Source: Owenia fusiformis
Taxonomy: Eukaryota
Length of the DNA: 64,000 nt
NCBI GenBank assembly: GCA_903813345.2
Contig: CAIIXF020000001.1
Span: forward strand, 14,942,001-15,006,000
Reading direction: 5' to 3'
The position numbers and the translations under genes were made by a program. Below are positions 1 through 12,923 of the stretch, piece by piece; position 1 is the stretch's first letter; every line of letters begins with the position of its first letter. The notes beneath the pieces are model-generated. The model was not told the DNA's origin and searched no databases. It saw only the letters and a list, made by a program, of their open reading frames with translations.

Positions 1-535
1 ATACCATAAATGCATTTTATTGTTCTATATATCACCGATAATAGTTTCCGTCCTTTCGCGCTTCCAACCCAGTCCTCCATCGACACGTCTACTTCGCCAA
101 CGTTGTCTCCATGACCATTCAGTTATCGCGGCCAAGTTCCACCATACCCCTTGTCACACGAACGCTCCATTAATCCAGTTATAGAATTCCTCCAGAATCA
201 TTATATAGGACGAGTTTAATCAGGTTTGCATGATTAATGTGAAACTGTCCCCTAAATGGATTAGACTAGTTTTAATACTATTGACTGATACCACGGCGTG
301 AATAATAAACAACGTTGACAACTGAACAGCAAAAGAATGTGTATCCATCTCTAAGATCACTTTATGAATCTTTCGCTCCTTGTCGTTAATGTCTCCCACC
401 GGTCGAAGGACTCTCATTATTGTTGTAATATCTGTGGTCCCTTGTCAGTTTTGTGTCAATCCAGCCCAGGTTCCTAAATATGAGAAACACCAAACACAAT
501 TTAAAATTTAACAATCTCTAAGAAATCAGATCTTT

Positions 536-1210
536 TTATCGTATGATCTGTAAAATGAAGCCCTTTGATTGGCCAATTCTTGTGCTGTACCAATCTGTAT
601 TGCTACTGAGATTGTCCCCGTTGATCATCTCCGTCGCAATACAGAAGATATTGGTACGGAGGGGACAATCTCAGAAGCAATACAGAAGATCACACGATAA
701 AAACGTTATAGAATGATTTGACGTGCAATACAGGATATATTCTGCTCTCTATATTCTTGGCGATAAGATCACACGATAAAAACGTTATTGAATGATTTGA
801 AGTGCAGTACAGGATATATTCTGCTCGAGAAATTCTGTATTGGAACGAGACGAAGTCGAGTGCCAATACAGAATATCGAGACACTTCAAATCATTCAATA
901 ACTTAATATATTATCGTATGATCTGTAAAATAAAGCCCTCTGATTGGTCAGTTCTTGTGCTGTACCAATCTGTATTGCTACTGAGATTGTCCCCGCTGAT
1001 CATCTCCGTCTCAATACGGAAAATATTGGTACGGAGGGGGCAATCTCAGTAGCAATACAGAGGATCACACGATAAAAACGTTATAGAATGATTTGAAGTG
1101 CAACACAGGATATATTCTGCTCTCTATATTCTGTATTGGCACTCGACTTCGTCTCGTAACAATACAGAATTTCCTGTATATCCTGTATTGCCCTTCAATT
1201 CATTCAATAA
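536..1210. repeat. Duplicated and partly inverted non-autonomous element, Crypton-like MITE
   Basis: 536-770 is near-identical to 911-1130. The motif AAGATCACACGATAAAAACGTTAT recurs at ~686, ~765 and ~1061. 835-872 is inverted relative to 1131-1170. Confidence 0.6.
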
Positions 1211-1214
1211 CTTA

Positions 1215-1840
1215 TATTATTATATCATTGCTAGAATTTGTGTCCTTTGATTGGCTGATTCAGTACCATGTGATCAAAAATACCAAAGCGTATTTCACAC
1301 CTCCCTTAATTTTGGAATAATAAAAGACGTATTGCCCGGCGTATTGCCCGCCCGGGAATTCTGAATCGTCCCGTTTCGTCCAGTACAGTTGTGACGTGCA
1401 TCAAAATGGCAGACAGAAAAAGATTTAAAAGTCTGAATTCCGATGAAAAGAACGACATCTTGAGGGATGTGCATTCTAAAAACACCATTAAATCAACGGA
1501 ATGACATCTAATGTCTTAGAACATTTTCAAGTGTTATGTGGACGAAATAGACGTTAAATCTATCGATAAAATCGTTCTGGATGGAATTTTAGAGTTTTTT
1601 TTTGAACTGCGAACGAAGGATGGGGAATATTAAAAGAGTGCCAGTCTGCAAAGTAAGCGAATGTCTAGCAATGATATAATAAAACAAATATTTCATTCTA
1701 TGTTCGGGCAATACCTGTTGCACTTTCAATGATTTTTGCAGCATGTATTTCCCTCGCCCTCCGGGCTGCGGGCAATACATGCTGCAAAAATCATTGAAAG
1801 ATGAACAGGTATTGCCCTCCATAGAATGAAATATTTGCTT
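1215..1840 (+). mobile_element. Internally deleted Crypton-type (tyrosine recombinase) element relic
   Basis: A decayed frame from ATG 1406 reads MADRKRFKSLNSDEKNDILRDVHSKNTIKSTE*...IDKIVLDGIL/FFFELRTKDGEY*KSASLQSKR. This matches the RF...NT.K.T...L..F...R.KDG..Y...SL pattern N-terminal to DUF3504 in CryptonA/ZMYM/KCTD1-like proteins. Flanking TATATCATTGCTAGA (~1221) and TCTAGCAATGATATA (~1664) are inverted. Confidence 0.65.
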
Positions 1841-4585
1841 AGTATTGAGATGCCAACCTTAGTGATGAAGTGAATGATAAAATTATTGAAATTGTGGCTC
1901 ATTATGTCTCAGTAGCAATCTCAGTATAGAACGGACAGTGAAACATTCTAAAATCATTTGGGAACCTTTTGGGTGGGAGGGGGAGCAAGCATAGATACAG
2001 ACTGAACATTACGTGGTTTTTGTATTGTGTATTTAAGTCATGTATATTTTATGTTCTATATACTTTGCAGCTTACATGTATATGTTATTAAGTTAAGTTA
2101 ACAAAGGCATCCGTACATTTGTATTTATATCAATATCAAGGAAATATAAATAAATTGAAATTGAAAAAACCCAAACCCATGCAAAATATGAGATATACTA
2201 CACACATGTTCTGTATATAGTTGGGAAATAAAGATTTTTGATCATCTTCTTCTGCATCAGAGTATTCCTGCACATACGTCGTACAGAATGAGTCAAAAGT
2301 TCTCTGAGATTTGGTACATCTTTTTTCTTCGTCTTACTTTCAACCTTTTAATTATAATGAACTCAAAACATACGATTAACTAACTGTATAATAATGGTGG
2401 GGCTGCTGGATTCCATTATTTATAACTTTTAAATAAATTCTGATATATGTTTAGCTTTACGAGGTCATTTTGATCGATTATTTCAAAAATTATATCTGCC
2501 AGTTCAAAAAATGCAAAACTTCATTTCATGATAATACTTACTTCAAACTAGCAATATAATATTGTTTTTATTGGCCATAACCAGCTGCTCTGAACCAGGC
2601 GTAAGATCGTTTTTATCACTCGTGATATGTTCAGATGGTTAGATGGCAGCATATGACGTTACAGCTACAATTTGGATTGTCAAAGTAGGCCTTAGAGTTG
2701 TCCATAGGGATGTACAACTCTAAATACAGGAGAATAATCCAAGATTTTCCATAGAACTCCCAACACTCTTCGTATACAACAGTTTAGACATGAATGAATG
2801 ATTTGACTCAATGCACATGGCCTACCATATGAACTCTTTTTATTGATGGCAATGCAATGTACTTTTGGATTAGATGCACTAACGGATTTAAGCCTTGTAC
2901 TCATTGCAATGCGGTATGACCATTCCCTGATGATGTTGCTTTCTAAAATTTGCACGAGATGCGCAGCAAATGAATGGTCATTCCACAATGCATTGAGTCC
3001 TGGGCTTAAATTCTTTCCACACATTGCAAAATATTTTCTTCCATGTCCCTTAAAAGGTACGAAATTAATCACTAAAAGAATATATTTTCAATGAAAAGTT
3101 GGCAAAGCATCGATTTCAATCTGTAGAGGCAAGTTGTCACCTTGACAACCACATAAGGAATGACCTTGACTTGGATGCGGTGATTTGTTTTATAATGCAC
3201 TGTACTGCATTAATATGAAATACTGTGTTCTGATTTGCTGGAATTGGACACACCTTGCCTAGCTATGTGTGAATCAAGCTCTAAAATAATACTTTCTGTA
3301 TAAGAGTCGTGTTTGTAATTTGTACTTTTGAAGAACTGATTAGTACAGTGCTTCTACGCTATATGTTATAATAAAACAGTCAATTCTAGATGAAGTAACA
3401 TGTGAACAAAATCACATGACGTGATCTTACATATCTTTAATTTCTCATTAAAACTAATTTATGTCAATATTTTTCGACTTGATGGATGGATTTGTCAAAA
3501 GGGCATAGACGCACCTGTTACATGATTCATGTTATATCAGCCAATGTCAAACCATTTCCTCTTTTTGAGAACTCTACCACACTGTATAAGGCATTTACCG
3601 TTTGGCATCATCGATGAACTATGGTATCTCAATCCTTCTCACTCCTGAGATTATATTGATATCGAGACACAAACAGCAGAATGACCTTTTTGCGATAAGG
3701 TAAATAAATATGCATAACCTCATCCTTTTTTACCTACACAAAATATAGTAAATAGGGATCCAAGAATATATCATATATTTTGACTTAAAGTGTGTTACAC
3801 CCCTCCTCCATAGTTGGGCATCCGAGTGTCTTTACCATTGTGAAGCATGTCAAACGGGCTGATTGTGCTTAGATCTTAATTTTGTTTCTCAGCAATGCTA
3901 AAAGGTTGAGAAAAATATGGAGACTGCGAAACATTCGGAGGGGAGTGTATAACCATGGGAGAATAAACCATATCAATACACACCGATGTCCTTGCATCGT
4001 CCTGAAGAACAAAATAATGTTGACACATTTTTGAGTGTCTATCTATTAATTATGTTTTATGTCAATCACAATTATTTTGAGTGGGTGGAGAGTGTTGAAC
4101 AAAAACACACAACATGACAATGGGAATTGAGGAACGATAAGAATACTAGCAACCTCAAATGATGTTATCTTTAACAAATTCAATTAGTTTATAGTCATTA
4201 ATAATGTTTTTAATTACGCATGCGTATCTTCAGAGTTGTACTCGTGTAGACGTTGTATTTATGAGTAATTGATTTCGCGCGATTACAAAGTCCAAAACTA
4301 TTTGTCAAATGGTACCGGGCCGAGTCTGATACTATCACAGTTCGGCAATCTGTAGCCATTATCACATTTAGAAATAATATTCATTAGACAACCGACAGAA
4401 GCAAACGCAGGTGAGAGACAAAGACTCAAATAACATTTTACTTTTATGAACTTTTTTCAAAATGGCCAAAGATTTGCGTAATGTTTTGTATTTGAAACAA
4501 TTGTTTAAAGGTGTTTTCCTAATTTTCTAAAAACACGTTTAAAGGTAGTAATCTAAAATGCAAGTGTTTGTTTTGAAGCATCATC

Positions 4586-7500
4586 ATGAGCAACAAGCCA
4601 ACAAAGGCCGAGATTGAGGAATGGTTTGCCCAGAAGGTAAGATCTAAAACATTGGACATTCTATCGGGAAGATTAAATACGCTCAAAATATGGGTCGTTC
4701 AAGTTGTGCTTAAAAAGTTAATTGATTTATTCTTAATTGCTGATCACAATAAGTGTTTTTAAAGTTATTTTAACCCGCCTGCAAGAAGATAACCATTAGA
4801 ATTTTATCAAAATTATTAGAGATCTTTGAGTGATAAACAGTTATAATATAATAATATGGAAGAATTGACCCTTTTCGATATAAATGGAAAATAAATTGGT
4901 ATTGGTAGGGCTAGGGTAGGGCTAGAATACATGTAAATTTATTGCCAGAGTCACTTAATTTCTTGATTTTAATAAGTAATTCCGTTTGGATCAACTTAAA
5001 ACACCGAAACGAAACTTTTAAAGAAACTTTAAAAGGTTTTTCAGCATTGCGTCAATGGGGATTTAGCCCGACCTTTTTTTAGACAACTAGAAAATCATTA
5101 GAATTTGAATAAAGGTAAATAATAGTGCAAATCAAAGTTGTTTTGATAGAAAATTACAAAATTCAAATATGCCATCAAATAGAAGAAAATGTTAGTCTAA
5201 TGGTAAAAAATGCAAAATTTGAAATTTAATCTCATTAAAAACAATTTGATATAAATGCTGTGCAAATTCAATATATACCATTGGAAAGAACATTAAGCCA
5301 AAATGCTTCATGAGTTCAACCAATCATTAACCTTGGCACATCCATGTAGTTTTGTTTGTTCTTTCGAATTATATAAAACCACATCCGAAGCATGTGAAGT
5401 ATACTATCATAGGCGGTTTTTAGGGAAGTGATTTGTTTTCATGTCCCGATTTGTTTTTACTAATTTGGGTCGGAAAAGGGGCTTTTTCTGAGCCTTACTT
5501 CTAAAATAATCCCGGTGATTTTAGCTTTTAAAGTTATTTTAGACCCCGCCCTCAATGTACATATCCACTTCTGCATGTCCACTCTTTGAGTAATAAAGTA
5601 CTGTAATACTAGTAACTAAAGAAATATAATGAGGAAAAACATAAAATATATGAAAACTATTTTTTCCTCCCCATGCCAGGAATCAAGCGGAGAGAAGATC
5701 AGCGGGGCGGAGATAGGCGAGCTGCTATCTGCCCAGGGATACTCTGATGAGGATATTAAGGTAATATTACGAGATCTACTCCCAAAAATTATACGAGCGC
5801 ATGAGTTCTTGTTGGATAAAGGAAAAACTAGTTGTAGGTCTTCCAGAAGCACCCTGCCGTTCAGAGGATGGCCTTGACCAAACAAAGAACAAATATGTTC
5901 AAATTCTGTTATTCCACCAAAGCCTGCACCATATTAAGAATATAATTTTGTAATATTATCGTCATACACAGTAACACGGGCAGGTATTAAGACAAACTTG
6001 GGCAAATGCCACGAGGGGCAATATCTTCTTGTGCACCGACTCTGTTAACTTCGGTCTTAGGTACTTGGTATTTTGTTTACCTTTTTTGGAAAACAATGGA
6101 AGTCAGGATCGGAATCATGATGTGGATAGCAGGTATTCCAAGTTTGTTATCTTTTGAGTATCATTTGTTCATTGGAACATTTGCAATCAACAAATAGCAC
6201 ACATATTTTAGCAACTGTGTATACGTTGACGATGAAGTGTTCAAAAAGGCAAAGTAAGGGCACGAGATATGATAATTATGATTATTTATTGGATGTTAAT
6301 CATGTTGTCCTCCAACACCCACTAATTCGTATATTTTAAATATAGGATTGACAAATATAGCCTAAATTAAATTTGACTTTAATTTTAACTTTTGATTTGC
6401 CTTATTTGAAAATTACTTCAGCGGTTCTATAATTATGGACTATTTATAATCGATATAGGCCTAACCTAAAATGGAACACACCAAATTAAATATTAGTAAT
6501 CAAATGTTGAAATAATACTGATAATTTCATGACAAATTCGAGTTAAAGTAAATGCTATTCGTCACATCATACAGACGATGGTCAAAGATTATGGTATCAT
6601 ATCGTATCATTAGATTCATGAAAATATTTCCACTCCCGAAGCTCACTTGAGAATGTGTTGAGTGGTTTGTGCCATCAACCACCAGTTTAATGGAACTTTC
6701 CATTAATTCATTAATTATAAACCATCATGTAATAGATTAACCCAATAATATCGAACGCGTTATTTTTGATATATTTATAATATTTTGATACAGTGACCGT
6801 ATGAGTACATTAGCTTGTAATTAAAGTAAGACTTAGTCATTTCGGCATCGAGATGACATGTGAATCTGAATGTATAGGCTAGGCTACAACATTGGTTTTA
6901 TGCCTATTACTGGATTTTCTAGTTTCAAGTCCCTGAGCTCTCAAATGAGAAATAGGTAATTATTTTGTCATGTTTTCCGGTGTTATTTATACTGGTTTAT
7001 ATGGGTCCCATGTTATGAGGGTCGTTGGGCCCTTAATTAGGATCTTCCTCATTATAATCGTATTTACTATTTTTATGGCCTTTATTTATTGCAAAATTGT
7101 TGTACAACAATAAGGTTTTTAACATTTGTAAAAAATGTATCCGAGAGCTGTCTCGCTAGATCTAAACCACATTTAAACTCAAACGCAAATTATTTTTGTT
7201 TTAGGCCATTGCCGACCATGCCAAGATGGACGCCAGCACTCAACTCACTCAAGATGAGTTCATTGACTTCATCATTGGTCTTGCGGTCCTCAACCACATG
7301 TAAATATGCTTCGAATACTCACACTTTTTCATTGTACCATTGGAATTGCATAATTGCAATAATCTTTAGCTCATACTCACATTCTTGATTGTTGTAAATA
7401 CAAAAATAATGTGTAATAATTTTTATACTCCGAACGGTAAACAATGAAATACATAAGTGCAAGAAATTTTTCCATCAAATCATGAAAATGCATTGACGAT

Positions 7501-8580
7501 TATTCAATCTTGAGACCAAGCTGTGCTGGAGAGTTAAGTTAAAAAGTTATTTAGAATAGAATACATAAAATATACGATTCAACAAATGTGTCCAGCCTTT
7601 GCCGACTTACAGTATTGAAATTCATGAACTCTTTAGATTATATTGAAGATGTGCCTCCGTTTAAAAATACGAAGAAGAGACTAATGATTTTCCTCATGTC
7701 TTGTATGACAGGGAACATTATGTTAGAGATCCACACAGCCATTGACATGTAAACTTATATCGATTGTGTGTATTTCAGGGCAGCGAGAATCCGCAAGAAG
7801 ATCAGACGCGAAATCCGCAAACGTGGTGGCAAATTGACACCCGAAGAGGTCATGGAAGTCGGCCCCATTCTTGGCAAAGATTTCAAGGAAGACGTGAGTA
7901 ATAATCCGTTCCTTACAAATAAATTGTTTATAAGTTTAGCCGGTGTAAAAGGGTAGGAGGTCCTATCAAATTATGGTCCTACTCTCCATCGATTTATATG
8001 GTGACCTAAATACAACACTTTCCCTCATTATCTTATACGCAATCAGGGCCAGTAAGGGCCGTTAAGAAAGGGGACCATAATCCCTGGGGGACCATCATTT
8101 CTTTCACACCGGGTCATCCAAAAACTCGTAACCATTTCCTTACTTTTTAAGAATCTTAGGGGCTTGGTTTTGATTCATTTTGACATGTCCTTTTGAATTA
8201 CAAATCTGAGAGCAAAATAATAATTAATCAACAATTATTCCCGTTTAGCATAATAAGGTTAACTTCTAAAGTGACCGCGACTGTAGAAATGTTACTGACC
8301 GCAGAACTGATAGACCGTACACGGTCGCCGTTGCAAATGTCACCAAGTGTCATTGACTTGGTTTAGAGTCGGTTAGTCTTCCGCTAACGTATATTATCAA
8401 AAGTATACAATCACTGAGTGGTTAGAAGTGAAAAGTATTATCCTTTGAAGGTAAAACAAATGTTGTTGATTGCAGGTCGCAAAGGGAATACTAGAAAAGC
8501 TGGCAAAGGATGGCGAAGGCAAAATCAACGGCGAGGAGTTCGTTAAACAATACACAGAGGCTGTGAGCCCAAAGAAATAA
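4586..8580 (+). CDS. Calmodulin-sized (148 aa) protein with four degenerate EF-hands
   Basis: Phase-consistent GT-AG exons 4586-4636, 5680-5760, 7205-7299, 7779-7893 and 8476-8580 total 447 nt: MSNKPTKAEIEEWFAQKESSGEKISGAEIGELLSAQGYSDEDIKAIADHAKMDASTQLTQDEFIDFIIGLAVLNHMAARIRKKIRREIRKRGGKLTPEEVMEVGPILGKDFKEDVAKGILEKLAKDGEGKINGEEFVKQYTEAVSPKK*. A probable 5'UTR exon donor (CAG|GTGAG) lies at 4410/4411. Confidence 0.88.
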
Positions 8581-9662
8581 TCTCAACCACATACTTTATA
8601 GGACAGTAATAGAACTGAAAGTAAGCTCCAGAGGTAGATGCAAATAAGGAATTTTCGCTTTCATATTCAATGTGTTAAGGTGCATTTGTATGAAAGTTTT
8701 CACTGGGAGGATGCACTACCAAAGACTGTGTACGTGCAATTCAATCAAATGATTTATTGCATACCCGTCTCTTTCAACATTGCTGAGTAAACCCTATTGA
8801 ACGTGCGCATGTTCAAAAAATAAATCATATCCTTTTTCCTTTTTTGTATATATCGTATTTTGTTACATTTTTGTAAGAAATGAAACGTGTTGAAACAATA
8901 CACGGAGGAGAGCTTCGACCAAAGTGATCATATGGGCAAGATGGCTACCCCTTGGTATTTCTTTCAATCCAACAGATGGCACTAGATGTAGTATATGTTA
9001 CACAGAACGATACTATGTCAATGTGTAAATTACTTACAATGTTTAACATTTTATTGGATATACTCTAAATGACCTCCATCAGAGCTAGACTGAATAGAGT
9101 TACTTTGTGAAACTTTTAGATACTTATGATAATTAAATTGTTTGTCAGATTATAATTTCAAGAATATTCCTTAATCCGAATCTCTATAGCTAGTTATTTG
9201 GTTCATTTTAGGTCTTCTAATTCTTACGTGAACTTACGTCTCACTGCCCGTTGAAAACTACAAGTAGTTGCTACAATGCTCCAGGTAGTCACACATAAAC
9301 ATGGCACATTGCTCATTAGATTGCTTGACACGAGTTACATTCAAATGTAGATATAGGGAAGTTAAGCTACACGCTTTTAAGATAATCTGTACGCGAACGT
9401 GTAGAATTATGGTTCTTTAAATTATTATTTCTCCCCTTCGTAGTAGTTATTTGCCCAATGCGGTGTAAATGTAAAATGTAAATAGTTGTAATGAAGTCCC
9501 TGGGAAAACCAATTGAGACGGAGGCAGTATTCCCCGGGTTCATGATATCACATGTGCACGTACAAGTTCCCATAAACACATGTGCTAAAGGAGCAAAATG
9601 CGTAAATGAATTCTCATTTTTGATCTCCATAGTATTTCCCATGGATTAATAAGTACCTGATC

Positions 9663-11406
9663 CAGGACCGTCAGATGGGGGGGGGGGGGGGGGTGCGATG
9701 GGTGTGACCCTTTGTCACCCCCCAAAATAAATTTGAAAAAAAAATTTGAAAAATATTTTTTTTGTAATTTTTTTTCATTGACTCATACACTTTGAAAGTA
9801 CCCAGAAAGCACCAAATAGCATCTTAAAATTGTAAAATTTTCTAGGGGTATTGGCCACCCCTCACACCCCCCACAAAACAATGGAAAAGTTCTAAATTTA
9901 TTTTAGAGTTTTGTCTCAGACACTTTTAAAGTGCCCAGATATCATCAAATAGCTCCTTGATATAGTTAGTGTTTCTGGGGGACTTACTCCCCCTCTTGCA
10001 TCTTGCACTTGCATAACCCCCCCCCCCCCCTCTGGCGCCCCCCCCCCCTTGTCCCCCCCCCCAAAAAAAAAATTGTGATTTTCTCAAATTCTTTAATTGG
10101 CTCATACACTTTGAAAGTGCCCAGAAAGCACCAAATAGCGTCGTAAAATTGTAAAATTTTCTAGGGGGAGTGGGCCACCCCCCACACCCCAAACAAAACA
10201 ATGGAAAAGTTCTGAATTTGTTTTATGTATTGTCTCAGACACTTTTAAATTGCCCAGACATCATCAAATAGCTCCTTGATAAAGTTAATGATTCTGGAAG
10301 ACTAACACTTACTCGCCCTCTGGCATCCCCACTCCACCTCCCCCTCTGGCAGCCCCCCTCCCTTAACACCCCCCCCCAAAAAAAAATATATATTGAGATT
10401 TTTCAATTTTTTTTATTGACTCATACCCTTTGAAAGTGCCCAGAAAGCACCAAATAGCATCTTAAAATTGTAAAATTTTCTTGGGAAATAGGAACTTTTA
10501 TAGCACAGACACTTTTAAAGTGCCCAAACTTCATCGAATAGCACCTTCATATTGTAAATTTTGATATGAGGGACAAAACTTGCTCCCCCTGTGGCACCCC
10601 AGCCCCACCTCCCCCTCTGGCACCCCTCCCCCCCCTTTGACACCCCCAAAATTTGAAAAAATTGTGATTGTTTTTCAATGTTTTTATTGACTAATACACT
10701 TTAAAAGTGCCCAGAAGCACCAAATATCATCTTTAAATTGTAAAATTTTCTAGGAGAGTTAGCCACCCCTCACAATCCCCACAAAACAAAAGAAAATATT
10801 CTGAATTTCATGTATTGTCTCAGACATTTTTTAAGTGCCCAGACATCATCAAATAGCACCTTGATATGGTCAATGTTTCTGGGGGACAACCCCTTGCTCC
10901 CCTACTGGCACCCCACCCCATTTCACCCTCTCATCCTCTTTGACACCCCCAAAAGAATTTGAAAAAAATTCACATTATTCTTATTGACTCATAACGCACA
11001 GGCGTACCAGATGGTTGCAATTTCGCTCCAAATACAACCAAATTTCAGAATTTTCCTGGGGGAGAACCCCCAGACCCCCCTGAATGCTCGGTTTTTAATT
11101 CACTCAACTCTTATTCCCGTGGTGGTACTACTTAGAAACTTACACTTTGAAAGTGCCCAGAAAGCACTAAATAGCATCTCAAAACTAAAATTTTCTAGGG
11201 GGAGTGGACCACTCCTCACACCCCCCACAAAACAATCGGGACGTTTGGAAGTTGCATGCATTTGTTAATTCCAAACCAATATAGGGAGAAACTGACCCCC
11301 CTCCCTCTGTCTTAAGCGATTTGATTTACGCTGCAAAAAAAAATTATATTCTCTTTAGTAAGCTAAAAACCGCACCCCCCTTGGAGAAAAGTGTCTTACG
11401 GGCCTG
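9663..11406. mobile_element. Non-autonomous DNA transposon with CAGG termini, 5-bp TSD and internal C-rich tandem repeats (hAT5-like by inference)
   Basis: Ends are CAGGACCGTCAG and CTTACGGGCCTG. TGATC lies on both sides (9658-9662 and 11407-11411). Internal ~300-bp units contain AAAGTGCCCAGAAAGCACCAAATAGC and poly-C/G tracts. Confidence 0.8.
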
Positions 11407-12662
11407 TGATCTTTCATTTGACACCAAAAGCAGCTCAAACAGATCACATCAGAGTTCTATCAATTTGTATATGTCAAGTTTTTAGCAATGCCATTGAAAG
11501 ATGGCATTGTTGTTTGTATTAACCATTCATTTTTGATAGGATTTTCAACCATACGTCATCTTTAAATCCAAGAGTTAGTAATGCAAGTAATTTTTTTCAC
11601 TTCAGTATTGACCCAAATTAAAGTTTTTATCATATTTGATTGAGTGTGTGAGTTGCATGTCTCAAATAACATTTAGTCCTTTTTCCTTCAAAAATAGGCG
11701 CATTGCCTGTTTAACCTCCCTATTAAACTATTAAAGTTGTTCATGCTTCAGGTGAACCAGTGATGAGGAATTTGGTTAGTCTACTCAGTTGAAGTATATG
11801 CATCAGTTTTGCTCCATAAAAATGTTTGAATCTGAGTTTCCCAATCATGTATAAAAATACGCGAGGAAGGTGAGTGAATGTGAGTGTACCATCAATGAAG
11901 CTATACATTTGCTTGAACCTTTATGACATACTCTAGTGATTTATACATACACCGATTGTTCACATTACAACTAATAGGACACACTAGTGTTGTTTAGGTC
12001 TAACAAACCACTGTAAACAGGTAACTGTGTCAAAAAGAGAAGTGCTAATTTTTTATTCGACCTGATAATTTTTCTATTCCTAAAGCGAACACGTATCACA
12101 GTGTACTAGTAAATACATTTATTGTGCTGTTCAGGAGTGTATCCAAGGACATTTTTATGTAGGAGTAAAAAACATTTGAGGGACACAAAACGTTTTTGAA
12201 ACTTTTTATAGTATTTTTCTATACAGTTTATTCATTGATATGTTACAGTGAACTAAACATGTTACCGTAAAACTAAACTTTACATGATAACACATCATCA
12301 TCAGGCATAACGTTGACGCTATACAACCTTTAGAAATCCGCACATTTAATGAGGCTATTCAGTTAAAACCAAGATCTAAAATATACAAGCGTATACTTAT
12401 TGACTTAGCTAGCTAGCACTGCCGAATATAGAGTGGATTAAAGTTCACTTAAGGAACAACTGATTGAGCAAGAACAGTGGCACAAAGAAATAACAAAGAC
12501 TCATATAAACCATCGGAGTTCCTATTTGATTAGTAAGTTTTACCAATAAGCCCAATACTTCATGTACACGAGAATCAACAAGGAATTATTCGTAGTTATT
12601 TCTATGAAATTCGGGATTACATCTAATAATATTTCAACCAAGTAACACACACGACGACAACG

Positions 12663-12923
12663 ATGCCCGCAGAAGCGTACAAAATGGATGGAAGTAAGGG
12701 TGATGGCCTGGTTCAACGGTCAGCAACACTGGGCGACAAGCATGATCGTGGACCGGCGTGCTGGAAAGCTTTCGCAATCATTATGTTTCTCTGTGCAATA
12801 GGACTTGCTGTGGCATTGGCAGTGCTTTATATTCAACAGCAGAACGAAATTGCACGACTTCAAAAACAAATCCTGGTGCCACATTCAAGTGGCGATGCTA
12901 CCGTGAACGCTACCGATGCATAA
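12663..12923 (+). CDS. 86-aa type II single-pass membrane microprotein of unknown function
   Basis: ATG in ACGATG context. One strong TM helix (AFAIIMFLCAIGLAVALAVLYI), a short coiled stretch and an NAT sequon. AATAAA overlaps the stop. A possible 5'UTR intron runs from GTAAGT (~12533) to AG (~12642). Confidence 0.55.
   Translation: MPAEAYKMDGSKGDGLVQRSATLGDKHDRGPACWKAFAIIMFLCAIGLAVALAVLYIQQQNEIARLQKQILVPHSSGDATVNATDA

Noticed and set aside
2692-3094. Overlapping 126-aa and 83-aa ORFs
   Set aside because: No recognisable motif or splice structure. The region ends in CCCTTAA and looks like a repeat fragment.
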